The notes beneath the pieces are model-generated. The model had not been told where the DNA came from. It saw only the letters and a list, made by a program, of their open reading frames with translations, and did not search any database. A stretch of DNA of 25,744 nt, from assembly GCA_963700285.1 (NCBI GenBank), contig CAVOXA010000002.1:1-25744 (forward strand), in the 5' to 3' direction. Shown here in pieces: positions 7,779 to 16,568 of this stretch. Made by a program: the position numbers and the translations under genes. The stretch is from an uncultured Chloroflexia bacterium (GTDB lineage: Bacteria > Chloroflexota > Anaerolineae > JAAYZQ01). How positions within the stretch are numbered: position 1 is the stretch's first letter; the number at the start of each line of letters is the position of its first letter.

Positions 7779-9287
7779 CTAGTACTACAACCGCAGTTTT
7801 GCCGGCATGCTGGCATCCGGCTTCAAGACGGAGCCGCCAGGCGGTAGCTTGACGGCGAGAATGGCTCTGGCGGGCCTGCCAGCGCTTGGCCCGTCGATAC
7901 AGCGACCATGCCAGTCGCAGCTCACGCGAACGATAGGGCAAGGGTAGCGCCACTTCCAGCAAGCGGCGCACTTCCGGAACCGTCAGCTCGGCCAGGAAGG
8001 GCTCAGGCCCCCTTTTTTCTCCGTGGCTTTGTAGCGGACGGAGGCGAGCCAGGCGTGAGCCATCATCGAGAGTGTAATATGACGATGCCAACTGTGCCAA
8101 TAGCGTACCTCATACTCGTCCAGGCCCGTTTCACCCTTGGCCTCTTCGATACATTGCTCGACCGTGTAGCGGGTCGAGGCCACTTGCGCCAGCTTCAGAA
8201 GCGGCGTGTCAACCGGCGCGTTCGACAAGTAGTAGGCGATATCGGTCGGATCACTGATCGAACGGCGAGCAATCAGCCAGCCATCCGGTCCCGGCAGCCC
8301 GTCACGGCTTTCAACGATCCGCTGGCAAGCCCAGTCGTACGTAATCAAGCCCTTCTCGCCTTCAGCTACGACCAGTCTCTGCCAGCACCTCTCGGACCAA
8401 CCAGCCACGACTTGCTTCACGGTCGTCGCAGATGGTGCACCTTCAGCCAGGCGCACTTTGGTGCGAGGTCGGCCCTGCCCCTGGAGCTCAGGTTCAACTA
8501 CCTGCGGGCGTTCAGTCCATATAGGCGTGATCGTCCGAACGGCCAGGACGTACCAACGCTCATAGCGGGTAATCAAGTCTCGCAGTTTGGTCGAGGCGCC
8601 GTAGACTTCATCACCGGCAACCCAACGCATCGGCACTCCCGCCTGCCAGGCATGCTCCAACATCGCCATGGCCTGCTCGGGCTTGGTCTGAAAGGCCACG
8701 TCCTCAGGCACCTTGGCTCGCTTCCGCCGCTCGGAGTCATTGCACCACTCTTCAGGCATGTACAGGCGGCGATCCAGGAACATGTGCCCTTTCGTCGTCG
8801 CATAGCTGAGAAAAGTGCCGATCTGACAGTTCTCGACCTTGCCCGCGGTGCCCGAGTATTGCCGTTTGACACCCACCGAGTGCTTGCCCCGTTTGATAAA
8901 GCCGCTTTCGTCCACAACCCCGATGGCATCTTCTTCGCCGAAAACATCGACCGCGAATTCCAGCAGGCGATCCCGCGCGGCGTCCGCACTCCACTGCGCT
9001 TGGTACAGCAAGCGTTGTGTGGCATCCGGGGTGCGATCCCCGATCACTTCGGCCACTTGCCAGCTATTCTTGCGCGGCACCGCCGCCATCAACCCTCGCA
9101 GGTACTTGGTGGCTTGTGCTCGCGGCTCTTTGCGACGAAAAACGGAGGCAAAACGGCTGCAGAACTGCAAGAAATCTGCGGCCCATTCATTCAGTTCTTC
9201 GGCGGTCATATCAGCCCTCCAGCGGTTTGGTGTTGCCACCATTATCTGCCAGAAGGGCTATTTTGTAAAATGCGGTAGTAGTACTAG
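7779..9287 (-). mobile_element. IS701 family insertion sequence
   Basis: CTAG at both ends (7779-7782, 9284-9287); inverted ends TACTACAACCGCAGTTTT and TACTACTACCGCATTTT; ~1.5 kb; transposase inside. Confidence 0.95.
7983..9242 (-). CDS. IS701 family DDE transposase
   Basis: RKNSWQVAE, VVDESGFIKRGKHSVGVKRQYSGTAGKVENCQ, VAGDEVYG, RYTVEQCIEEAKGETGLDEYEVRYW. The LTVPEVRRLL tail lies in the -1 frame after A6G5 at 8008-8018. Confidence 0.95.
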   Translation of the reverse strand: MVATPNRWRADMTAEELNEWAADFLQFCSRFASVFRRKEPRAQATKYLRGLMAAVPRKNSWQVAEVIGDRTPDATQRLLYQAQWSADAARDRLLEFAVDVFGEEDAIGVVDESGFIKRGKHSVGVKRQYSGTAGKVENCQIGTFLSYATTKGHMFLDRRLYMPEEWCNDSERRKRAKVPEDVAFQTKPEQAMAMLEHAWQAGVPMRWVAGDEVYGASTKLRDLITRYERWYVLAVRTITPIWTERPQVVEPELQGQGRPRTKVRLAEGAPSATTVKQVVAGWSERCWQRLVVAEGEKGLITYDWACQRIVESRDGLPGPDGWLIARRSISDPTDIAYYLSNAPVDTPLLKLAQVASTRYTVEQCIEEAKGETGLDEYEVRYWHSWHRHITLSMMAHAWLASVRYKATEKKGGLSPSWPS

Positions 9288-9752
9288 GCAAAGGCTTTTC
9301 AGGAGTGAAGTGAATGGTCGCACCAGAGACCTTCACACCCTTTAGCTCTTCGGCCATAGCTTTCATGAGTGACGGGCTCATGCTATGCAAGGCGCAGTGA
9401 TTCTTCTGCGCAGACATGCCAACGAGATCTTTACCCAGCCGGAAGATCGGAATCTTGTAGCTAACCCGCTCGGTACATTCTGGCGCTGTTTCTCTTATGA
9501 TGTTTCGTACCCGTTCCAGACTTGATCGGATGTCAGACGGCAGAGCGGCAAGATAGGCATCGATCTCCTCTGACGCATGGCGTGATGGTTTTGATTTACT
9601 CACAGAAATACGCCCTTTCTGGCGCTACAATCAACAGCGCCACCTGCAGGATCCTGAATGCCTTGCAGTACCACGCTTATCCCCCGGTACAGCCGGGTTA
9701 GCCAGAAATGGACTTAACCTGCAATGGCTTTGACACCAACGCCTGGCTCTGC

Positions 9753-10328
9753 TTAGCGAACACCGCCCGGTACGGCAAAATCGACTTCCTCGACCGATGC
9801 TGTGCCGTTTTTGCGGCCCGGGTAGCTTAGCCAGGTCATCGCAATGTTGAGTTCACGGATGATATCTGCCGCTTCAATCCTGATGTCGTTCTCAAGTTCT
9901 ATCGTCTCAGTGGTATGGGCATCTTGAATGAGGGTGAGATCGTAGCCTCGATCCAGCGCACCATACGCCGTTGCTCGAACGCACCAGTTCGTGGCAGCGC
10001 CAACCAACACGATGTGCGTAGTGCCAAGCCGTGCTAGCGTCTCCTCTAATGACGTTTGCTCGAACGAGGAGTTGAAATGCTTGTCGAGCCGCATTTCGCC
10101 TTCTGCGGGCGACAGTTGAGGTACTAGCTGCCATTCAGGGCTGCCATCGATCAGTTCGTCGTCCGAATGCTGTACCCATATGACCGGTACATCCTGGCCC
10201 CGGGCTTTCTCGACAGCGATGCCGATGTTCTTGATGATGCGTTGAGCAGCCCACACATCTTGCATGACTCCGACCTGCACATCCACAACCAAGAGAACCG
10301 TCTTGTTGCCTTCTCGAATCGTTGCCAA
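9753..10328 (-). CDS. Isochorismatase family cysteine hydrolase
   Basis: Catalytic triad motifs LLVVDVQ, DKHFNSSF, GAATNWCV; TTG start after GGAGG. Confidence 0.9.
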   Translation of the reverse strand: MATIREGNKTVLLVVDVQVGVMQDVWAAQRIIKNIGIAVEKARGQDVPVIWVQHSDDELIDGSPEWQLVPQLSPAEGEMRLDKHFNSSFEQTSLEETLARLGTTHIVLVGAATNWCVRATAYGALDRGYDLTLIQDAHTTETIELENDIRIEAADIIRELNIAMTWLSYPGRKNGTASVEEVDFAVPGGVR

Positions 10329-10399
10329 GTTTGCCACCTCCAGTTGATGCTCTGTTTTGTGCTCTGTTTGTGCCAGGAAAAGGATCGCATCCTCTTGCG

Positions 10400-10466
10400 G
10401 CCCAACGGTGCCGTTCGGACGGCAGCGAACGAAGCGAAGCTGGTCGGCTGCAACCGCGTGCTAGCT
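10400..10466 (-). other. Degenerate attC site (67 bp)
   Basis: Minus strand AGCTAGC-ACGCG-GTTGCAGCCGACCAGCTTCGCTTCGTTCGCTGCCGTCCGAACGGCACC-GTTGGGC. R' is perfect; R'' has AGC for AAC; right arm partly decayed. Confidence 0.7.
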
Positions 10467-10537
10467 GCGTTGCGGCGTTCGGCAAGACTGCCTTGGATGC
10501 AAAGTGACCCGCCCGGCCTGGCATCCGCTTGGCCAGG

Positions 10538-11065
10538 CTACTGCTGAGCCTGGGATGCCCAGCTTGCAGGTTTTCCCACCCGCTGTCCCAGGAACATGAG
10601 CAGTTGTGCAGCGTGTTCCTGCACATGACGCAGATTGTACAGCTGAAGCTCGGCGAAGGGCAGTTCTCCCCAGCCAAAGCGGCACATCCGATAGGCTTGT
10701 TCGTTGGACAAAGCGCCAATAGTCTCCTGGCACTTGCGGCGGCAGGTTTCCAAGTAGCGGAGCAGTTCTTCGCGTGTATAGGTCCGCGGCAGAATCTCGC
10801 CCGGCTCCATCTCAACCAGGTCGAATGGCGCAGGCGGAGCAAAGCCCTCTTCCGCCCCGGTTAGGTATAGGTCTAGCCAGAATAGTGTATGGTAGCCCAG
10901 ATACCAGAACGCCGAAAAGCCAGCTGCCACCCACTGGTCCGGCTGATCTGTCCATAGCCGTTCTTCCCAGAGTTCATCCGGGCAGTCGCGCAGAGCGTCG
11001 CCCAGCATGTCGATTGCCGCTCCAAACTGGCGCCATAACATCTCATTGTTAATGATAGCCATCAT
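10538..11065 (-). CDS. DinB family protein
   Basis: QFGAAIDMLGDALRDCPDELW, FWYLGYHTLFWLDLYL, YNLRHVQEHAAQL (His triad). Confidence 0.9.
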   Translation of the reverse strand: MMAIINNEMLWRQFGAAIDMLGDALRDCPDELWEERLWTDQPDQWVAAGFSAFWYLGYHTLFWLDLYLTGAEEGFAPPAPFDLVEMEPGEILPRTYTREELLRYLETCRRKCQETIGALSNEQAYRMCRFGWGELPFAELQLYNLRHVQEHAAQLLMFLGQRVGKPASWASQAQQ

Positions 11066-11141
11066 CCCGTCCCTCAGATTCTTCCAGGTCGATTTCGTTC
11101 ATCCCAATTGGATGGGCACGCTGTTCAATTCGAAACAGTGC

Positions 11142-11216
11142 GCCTCACACCATGCTCAGCTGTGTTTAGGAGCGGCGAAGCCCTGAGCTAACATCGGCTG
11201 CAGCAACCCGCTAGTT
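11142..11216 (-). other. Degenerate attC site (75 bp)
   Basis: Minus strand AACTAGC (contains the TAG stop of the SRPBCC gene)-GGGT-TGCTGCAGCCGATG…CACAGCTGAGCA-TGGT-GTGAGGC. TGCT[G]CAGC pairs with GCTGAGCA with one extra base; both core triplets are mutated. Confidence 0.65.
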
Positions 11217-11624
11217 GCCCGTCGCTTCTACATGTTTCTTAAAGTTGTCCAAAATACTCTGCCAACCTTGCTTCTGCTGCTCAGCAGAAAGTTGATCTTC
11301 AGCTTGGAAAGTCTCGACGACCCGGATTCCCTGTTCAGTTTCAAAAAAGACGATACTCACCTTTCGATCATCATCCAGGGCATATTCGATGCTCTTACAC
11401 TCATTGATAGAGGTAAACTCTCCCTCAAAGTCAAATCCCATGGATCCATCCTTTGCCTCCATACGATAGCTGAATCTTCCGCCAACTGAGAAATCGATTC
11501 TGGCATCCGGGCAACTCCAATCGTCTGATGCAAAGTTCCACTTTTTGATATCATCTGGCGTTATCCATGCTGTCCAAACCTTTTCTATTGGTGCATTGAC
11601 TGTTGTTTCTATCGAGATCTCCAT
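11211..11624 (-). CDS. SRPBCC (AHSA1-like) family protein
   Basis: APIEKVWTAWITPDDIKKWNFASDDW, YRMEAKDGSMGFDF, QKQGWQSILDNFKKHVE; low GC. Confidence 0.9.
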   Translation of the reverse strand: MEISIETTVNAPIEKVWTAWITPDDIKKWNFASDDWSCPDARIDFSVGGRFSYRMEAKDGSMGFDFEGEFTSINECKSIEYALDDDRKVSIVFFETEQGIRVVETFQAEDQLSAEQQKQGWQSILDNFKKHVEATGN

Positions 11625-11676
11625 GCTTACCCCTCTCTTAGGATTTGTTTAGGCAACATCGCGTGCTCATCCTGCA

Positions 11677-11801
11677 CTAGCCAGGATTCTCTTCTTCTCG
11701 ATTAGCGCCAGCATAGACCCTTTGCAGCTCAGCAAGATCGAATTTCTTCATCTTGAGAAACGCTTGGGTAGCTTGGGACAGCCTCTCAGGGTCTTCATCC
11801 C
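11677..11801 (-). pseudogene. C-terminal remnant of a VOC/PhnB-like (3-demethylubiquinone methyltransferase family) gene
   Basis: Reads DEDPERLSQATQAFLKMKKFDLAELQRVYAGANREEENPG*; no start; cut at the MITE edge. Confidence 0.7.
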
Positions 11802-11919
11802 TGTGCTGGCCGAAAACGCACATCCGTTCCAAGGCCCGACGTTTAGGATGAGTAGCCCTCTTGGGTTATTCGGGCTGACTGGCTGATCCCAGCACGGATA
11901 GCATTTTTCGGCCAGGACA
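11802..11919. mobile_element. 118 bp MITE-like element with TGT…ACA ends
   Basis: 26 nt terminal inverted repeats TGTGCTGGCCGAAAACGCACATCCGT and TGTCCTGGCCGAAAAATGCTATCCGT (20/26). Confidence 0.65.
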
Positions 11920-11939
11920 CGGGCGTTACGACGGAACCC

Positions 11940-12203
11940 TCAGACGGGCTGGCGTTCCGATAGGTAGCCCTCCATGTCGTCGATGAACGCTTACGTGGCC
12001 AATTCGATGCGGGAGGTTAGAGCCACCTGGTCATCGAGGTCGAAACCCGAGGCCACGTCATACTCCACAATCGAGTCAATCCCCTTCGCCGGCGCGACCA
12101 CGCGGTACTCGGGCCACTGGCTGTCCTTAAACAGCGCCCAGTACTGCCGCAGGACTTTGCGGTTGCGTCCGGACAGCCAGACCTCGAATCTGGCTCCTTT
12201 CTC
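11940..12203 (-). pseudogene. 5'-truncated conserved hypothetical gene (resembles DUF7000 family) with internal stop
   Basis: RFEVWLSGRNRKVLRQYWALFKDSQW…KGIDSIVEY…TSRIELAT*AFIDDMEGYLSERQPV*; TAA at 11991-11993; no start codon. Confidence 0.6.
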
Positions 12204-12310
12204 CTAAGCGCAACCCCCGCTGTAGGGTTCTACCATCCTTTGATCAAAGGATGTGTCGAGCCGCACCCAGGCGGCGGCACGAGCCAGGGTCTAGGCCAGC
12301 ATCAACCTGC

Positions 12311-13143
12311 TCAACCCTCAAAAGTATCCGGATGTGGTCCCACGCGCTTTCCCTCGTCCAGCGCGTCCAGCGTATTCATGTCCGCCTTGGAGAGCTCAAA
12401 GTCAAAGATCTGGGTGTTCTCGGCGAGGCGGTTGGCGTGGACTGATTTGGGAATCGTGACCACTTGGTGTTGCAGATCCCATCGAAGCACAATCTGGGCT
12501 GGGGTCTTTTGGTGTGTATCGGCCAGTTTCTGAACAGCCGGTTCGGACAGAATCTGCCCCACCATCAAGGGACTCCAGGCCTGCACCTGAATCTTGTGGT
12601 CCTGGCAATATGCCAGCAGATCGGGTTGGACCAGACACGGATGGAACTCGATCTGATTCACGGTGGGGACCGTTTGGGTGTTGGGCAAGAGGTCGTCCAG
12701 GTGATGGACCAGGTAGTTGCTGACGCCGATCGCCTTGGCGCGGCCGCTGTGGTAGATCTCCTCCATCACCTGCCACGTCTCTTGGCTGCGGCCTACCACG
12801 GGCCAATGGACCAGGTACAGATCCACGTAATCGGTGCCCAGGCGCTCCAGGCTTTCTTCAAGTGCCGCCAGCACTCGCCTCTCTCGCTGGGCATCATTCC
12901 ACACCTTGGTCGTCAAGAAGATGTCCTCGCGCGGGACACCGCTCTCCCGCATCGCTTCGCCGACGCCGCGCTCATTCCCGTATGCGCTCGCCGTATCAAT
13001 GCTGCGATAGCCGATCTCCAAGGCATTCCTGACGGCCTGTTCCACCTCCTGACCGTCGCTGACCCTATGAACGCCGAGTCCCAACCAGGGCATCTCCAGC
13101 CCGTTGTTCAGCCGGGCGCAGTCCTTCACATGCTGGTGATCAT
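12311..13143 (-). CDS. Aldo/keto reductase, apparent frameshift after codon 5
   Basis: LNNGLEMPWLGLG, GYRSIDTASAYGNE, TKVW, YVDLYLVHWP, IGVSN, IPKS. ATG at 13143 (MITSM) is out of frame with KDCARLNNG. Confidence 0.9.
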
Positions 13144-13146
13144 GTG

Positions 13147-13659
13147 TTAGTCTCCTGTCCCAAGCTTGCCCGCCAACCCCTCTGCCCAGGCGCGGATGGC
13201 CTCCCAATCCCGTATGTCGGTGGCTGGCTCCGCACCGGCCAAGATGCTGAGGGGGAAGCCCAGCTTTTCCGGGGCGTACTTTCCGCCCATGATCTCGATG
13301 GCCACCGGCTTGAACCAGGGATACTTGACCAGAGTCTTGTCGAGCTGCTCCCGCGCGCCCCGCCACTCCTCTTCATCATGGGGCTCGTGGGTGGGGCCCA
13401 GGGCGAATACAGCCGCCGGCAGTGCCTCCAAGGCCTTGCGGTGCCGCGACAGGAACTTGCGCGCGTCCTTGTGCCAGCTGAACATATAGAGCGCCGCCCC
13501 CATCACGACGCCGCTGTAGCCGTCGAGGGAGCGCACGTCCCGAAGTGGCTGAAGGTCCACAGCCAGCCCGCTCTCGCCCAATGTCTGCGCGATGGCCTCG
13601 GCCACCTCTTTCGTTGAGCCATAACGTGTCGCGTATGCGACCAGGGTTTTTGCTGGCAT
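13147..13659 (-). CDS. Flavodoxin-domain protein (HemG-like)
   Basis: LVAYATRYGSTKEVAEAIA FMN loop; C-terminal DIRDWEAIRAWA. Confidence 0.9.
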   Translation of the reverse strand: MPAKTLVAYATRYGSTKEVAEAIAQTLGESGLAVDLQPLRDVRSLDGYSGVVMGAALYMFSWHKDARKFLSRHRKALEALPAAVFALGPTHEPHDEEEWRGAREQLDKTLVKYPWFKPVAIEIMGGKYAPEKLGFPLSILAGAEPATDIRDWEAIRAWAEGLAGKLGTGD

Positions 13660-13980
13660 GATGATTCTGCTCCTCTCTCTTTCTCCCGTGTGTGGTCCTG
13701 GCAGTTCCGCATCCTATCGCTGAGCAGAACTTGCGCTGCAGCGACAGACCCACAGGCCAGTTCGCTGCTGCCTGCGGAGCCATACCGGGCATCGGCCACC
13801 ATTGTACCATGGAACTATGGAAATGTCTTCTCTAGGGAGGAAGGGTGAGGGGAAGAACTCGCTGCCATCCACCACTGCTTGAAGGAACGGGGCTGCATTG
13901 GCAGCAGTTTGCCGGTGTATCGTGTTATGCATGGCCTGGAACCCCGAACACCGGATGCGGCGGTAACGTGCAATATCGGC

Positions 13981-14108
13981 AGCTAACGGTTGGCTTCACC
14001 CGCCAGGCGGCTTTGCAGTGTGCCGCTCTGGCCAGAACCACTCACAATGACGAGACCAATATCCAAATCGAGCCGCGATAGCCTGGTCGGGTGCAAGCAG
14101 TGTTAGCC
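13981..14108 (-). other. Integron attC site (128 bp)
   Basis: Minus strand GGCTAAC-ACT-GCTTGCACCCGACCAGGC…GCCTGGCGGGTGAAGC-CAACC-GTTAGCT. Two extra-helical bases in the left arm; 32 nt after the YdeI stop. Confidence 0.92.
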
Positions 14109-14140
14109 CGCCCTCTTCTACCTTCCTTGAACCCCTCTCA

Positions 14141-14701
14141 TCAATAGTAATCCTCTATCCCTCGTCCGAACTGCTTGTCCTGTCCCGTCATCTTGATCAA
14201 GTGTGCTAACCGCTTTTCGTACTCTCCAGGTCTATTCCGCGCCACATCTATGTATGCAATCCGAATCCGCTGATATGACCCTGAGTATCTCTGAAAGTTT
14301 TTCCACGCCTGTTCATTTTCTTGGAGGGCTGCCACAATGTCAGCCGGATACTCGAAATCTTCCAACCCTATCTCATCCAAGCCTGCCAGCACCTCTGGCA
14401 TCACCTTTCCTTGCTCGATCAGTTTCTTCAGCCTCTCCTTGTTCGTCTGCGAGTACCCACTCCCCGTTTTTCGCGGTGTGTAGCGTTGGGCGTATCGATC
14501 TTGGTCCAACTTCTTAACAATACTATCAATCCACCCAAAACAGAGCGCTTCTTCTACAGCATCATTGTACGGGACACTGGGTTTCCCTGTTTTCTTCAGG
14601 TAGCTCACTAGCCAGATTTCACTCGCGCTCTTGCAATGCTTTTCCAGCCAATCTCGCCACTCGTCTCGATTGGTGACATACAGCGTCTCAGTTACATCCA
14701 C
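14141..14701 (-). CDS. YdeI/OmpD-associated family protein
   Basis: RDEWRDWLEKH, YNDAVEEALCFGWIDS, QRYTPRK, YSQTNKER; GTG start at 14701 after GGAG. Confidence 0.9.
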   Translation of the reverse strand: MDVTETLYVTNRDEWRDWLEKHCKSASEIWLVSYLKKTGKPSVPYNDAVEEALCFGWIDSIVKKLDQDRYAQRYTPRKTGSGYSQTNKERLKKLIEQGKVMPEVLAGLDEIGLEDFEYPADIVAALQENEQAWKNFQRYSGSYQRIRIAYIDVARNRPGEYEKRLAHLIKMTGQDKQFGRGIEDYY

Positions 14702-14726
14702 AGCAGATCTCCAATAACCTGCCGGC

Positions 14727-14921
14727 GCGAATAACCTTGGGCAGCGACGAAGCATAGTGCGGGAACACGAATCCCACGGTGTTCCCACTGGCTGTCATCG
14801 ACTCTCTTCCGACAAAGCTCATGATGGGGATGAGCCGGGCCCCTGGCAGACGCTTCTGCAGTTCTTGGGCCACATGCAGAGAATTGCCGGTTCCCGAAAA
14901 GTAATCGATCTCTGTGCTCAC
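14727..14921 (-). pseudogene. N-terminal fragment of an EFR1-type flavodoxin-fold/ferredoxin gene
   Basis: STEIDYFSGTGNSLHVAQEL…VGFVFPHYASSLPKVIR; similarity stops after ~65 codons. Confidence 0.8.
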
Positions 14922-14979
14922 CAGGTCTACCCCCTTGCGGCACTCTTGCTCGCGGTGTGACCGCGCTTTCCGCTTCAGT

Positions 14980-15795
14980 TCACCCGACCATGGCCTCTGA
15001 TCCATCGGTCGAGGTCTTTTTGGCCAGCTTGAACAGGTGTACGGAGGCCAGGATCCACCATACGAACCACAGAAGGCCGTTGATGGGCATGAGGGCTCCA
15101 GCAACAGCTGGGGCTAGCAACCGGCTGCCAAAGTTGGCCAGGGCGGCGACAAATCCGGCTATGCCCACATAGCCCATGGCTTTGCTGAGAGCCACTGACT
15201 TGCCAAAGGGCTGGCTGCGCAGGATGACGATAGAGATGATCAGGCCCGCCACAGCCATCAACAGGAAGCCCAGGGTCTGCGGCGTCGCCGAACTGACCTG
15301 TGAGAGGGCTTCTCCCGCTGCCAGGTAGACGGTCTTTTGCGCCTCCGTGGTTGCAGCGGCGTGCATATCGCTGAGCGACAGCAGGGAGAGATGGAGCACC
15401 CGGGGCACGATGAAGACGGCGACCCCGAGCAGGGCGATGTAGAGGGCGATGAGCATCCAGGAGCGGCGAACCCGCCGGAGAGCCACATAGAGGGCCAGGA
15501 ACATGCTGCCCAGGAGCGCGAACGAAAGGATGTCGAGCGCGTTGAGGTACCAGAGGCCCAATAGCTTGCTGCGCTGAACGAGTGCATACCAGCCTTCGAT
15601 GGTGGTTGGATACGGCTCCCCAAGAAAGAGGATGCTGAACTCGAACAGGTAGAATAGGAGGGCGATCAGGGGCGCCACGGCCCCGACATAGTAGAGAGTC
15701 CTCCACCTAGCGTGATCGGTTTGGTGATTCAGTGTAACACCTCCGGGGCACTTTGTGCTATCAGAATCCAAACTCCGATTGGCAGGTTGTGACAT
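14980..15795 (-). CDS. Multi-pass membrane protein, DUF4386-like
   Basis: WRTLYYVGAVA, FLALYVALRR, LSLSDMHAAATTEAQK…LAAGEAL; about 6 hydrophobic segments. Confidence 0.7.
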   Translation of the reverse strand: MSQPANRSLDSDSTKCPGGVTLNHQTDHARWRTLYYVGAVAPLIALLFYLFEFSILFLGEPYPTTIEGWYALVQRSKLLGLWYLNALDILSFALLGSMFLALYVALRRVRRSWMLIALYIALLGVAVFIVPRVLHLSLLSLSDMHAAATTEAQKTVYLAAGEALSQVSSATPQTLGFLLMAVAGLIISIVILRSQPFGKSVALSKAMGYVGIAGFVAALANFGSRLLAPAVAGALMPINGLLWFVWWILASVHLFKLAKKTSTDGSEAMVG

Positions 15796-16539
15796 CTAGG
15801 TCCCCGCGTTCCACGAGCCGGCCCACCCGAGCCGGATGAGCCTGCGGGCAATCAAGATGTACCATATCAGGTAGCCCACGACAGACAGCATCGAGATCCA
15901 GACGCCTACCTCGGGCACATAGAGGCCAAAGACGATGATGTTGGTCACGATCCCCACATAGGCCGTTGCCCTGCTGAACGTCGTGCTGCGTAGCATGAGA
16001 AAGGAGCTGATCAGCAGGGAAGCAGAGCCGAGGATGTAATGCGCATGGTAGGCCATCCCATGAAAGTGGGTCAGCATCGCCTGTCCATTGGCTTGGTAGA
16101 TGGCCCTCTCGGCGTCTGTGGCCGCGGCTGCGTACTGGTCACTGAGTGCAAACATCTCGGGGATGGGTCTGGCTGGGACCAGGCAGACCAACGCCAAGAG
16201 TCCCAGCGTCAGGGCGACCAGCGCCCAACCCTCATCGACCTCCTTGAGCGTGACATAGAGGACAAGGAAGAAGGGAATGGCAAAAACGTTGCTGAATAGA
16301 TACATAAAGTCGAGACCCATCAACCCGGCGAGCCAATCCTGCTGAATCACGGCCAGGATGTTGTCGGGCCACAGGGGCCAGACGAAGAATGCGGCGATGG
16401 ACAAGGGGATGACCAAGACCGAGATGACAGCGGCCACCGCGCCAATTCTGTAGAGCGAGCGCCAGCGGATATCCTCAGGTTGATTGTTGGCCGCGCGGTC
16501 CAATCTTGAGTGAGACACGCTCTCCTCCTCGTTGCGCAT
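15796..16539 (-). CDS. Multi-pass membrane protein, DUF4386-like (paralogue of the adjacent gene)
   Basis: WRSLYRIGAVA, FLVLYVTLKE, LSDQYAAAATDAER, FSRATAYVGI. Confidence 0.7.
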   Translation of the reverse strand: MRNEEESVSHSRLDRAANNQPEDIRWRSLYRIGAVAAVISVLVIPLSIAAFFVWPLWPDNILAVIQQDWLAGLMGLDFMYLFSNVFAIPFFLVLYVTLKEVDEGWALVALTLGLLALVCLVPARPIPEMFALSDQYAAAATDAERAIYQANGQAMLTHFHGMAYHAHYILGSASLLISSFLMLRSTTFSRATAYVGIVTNIIVFGLYVPEVGVWISMLSVVGYLIWYILIARRLIRLGWAGSWNAGT

Positions 16540-16568
16540 GAGGTGACCCCTGTGAGAGTGCCGTCCAG

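Larger units (their letters stand above)
7724..9603 (-). pseudogene. DUF1801 (YdhG-like) gene interrupted by IS701
   Basis: N-part EIDAYLAALP…ERVSYKIPIF…TIHFTPEKPLP. Removing the IS and one CTAG restores …PLPRELVERIVRERMREVGYA* with the stop at 7724-7726. Confidence 0.9.

Noticed and set aside
7908-9278. 456 aa plus-strand ORF
   Set aside because: Antisense shadow of the IS701 transposase, with no recognisable motifs.
9630-9705. Possible attC between the isochorismatase and DUF1801 genes (GGCTAAC … GTTGATT)
   Set aside because: No convincing pairing of inner boxes could be found.
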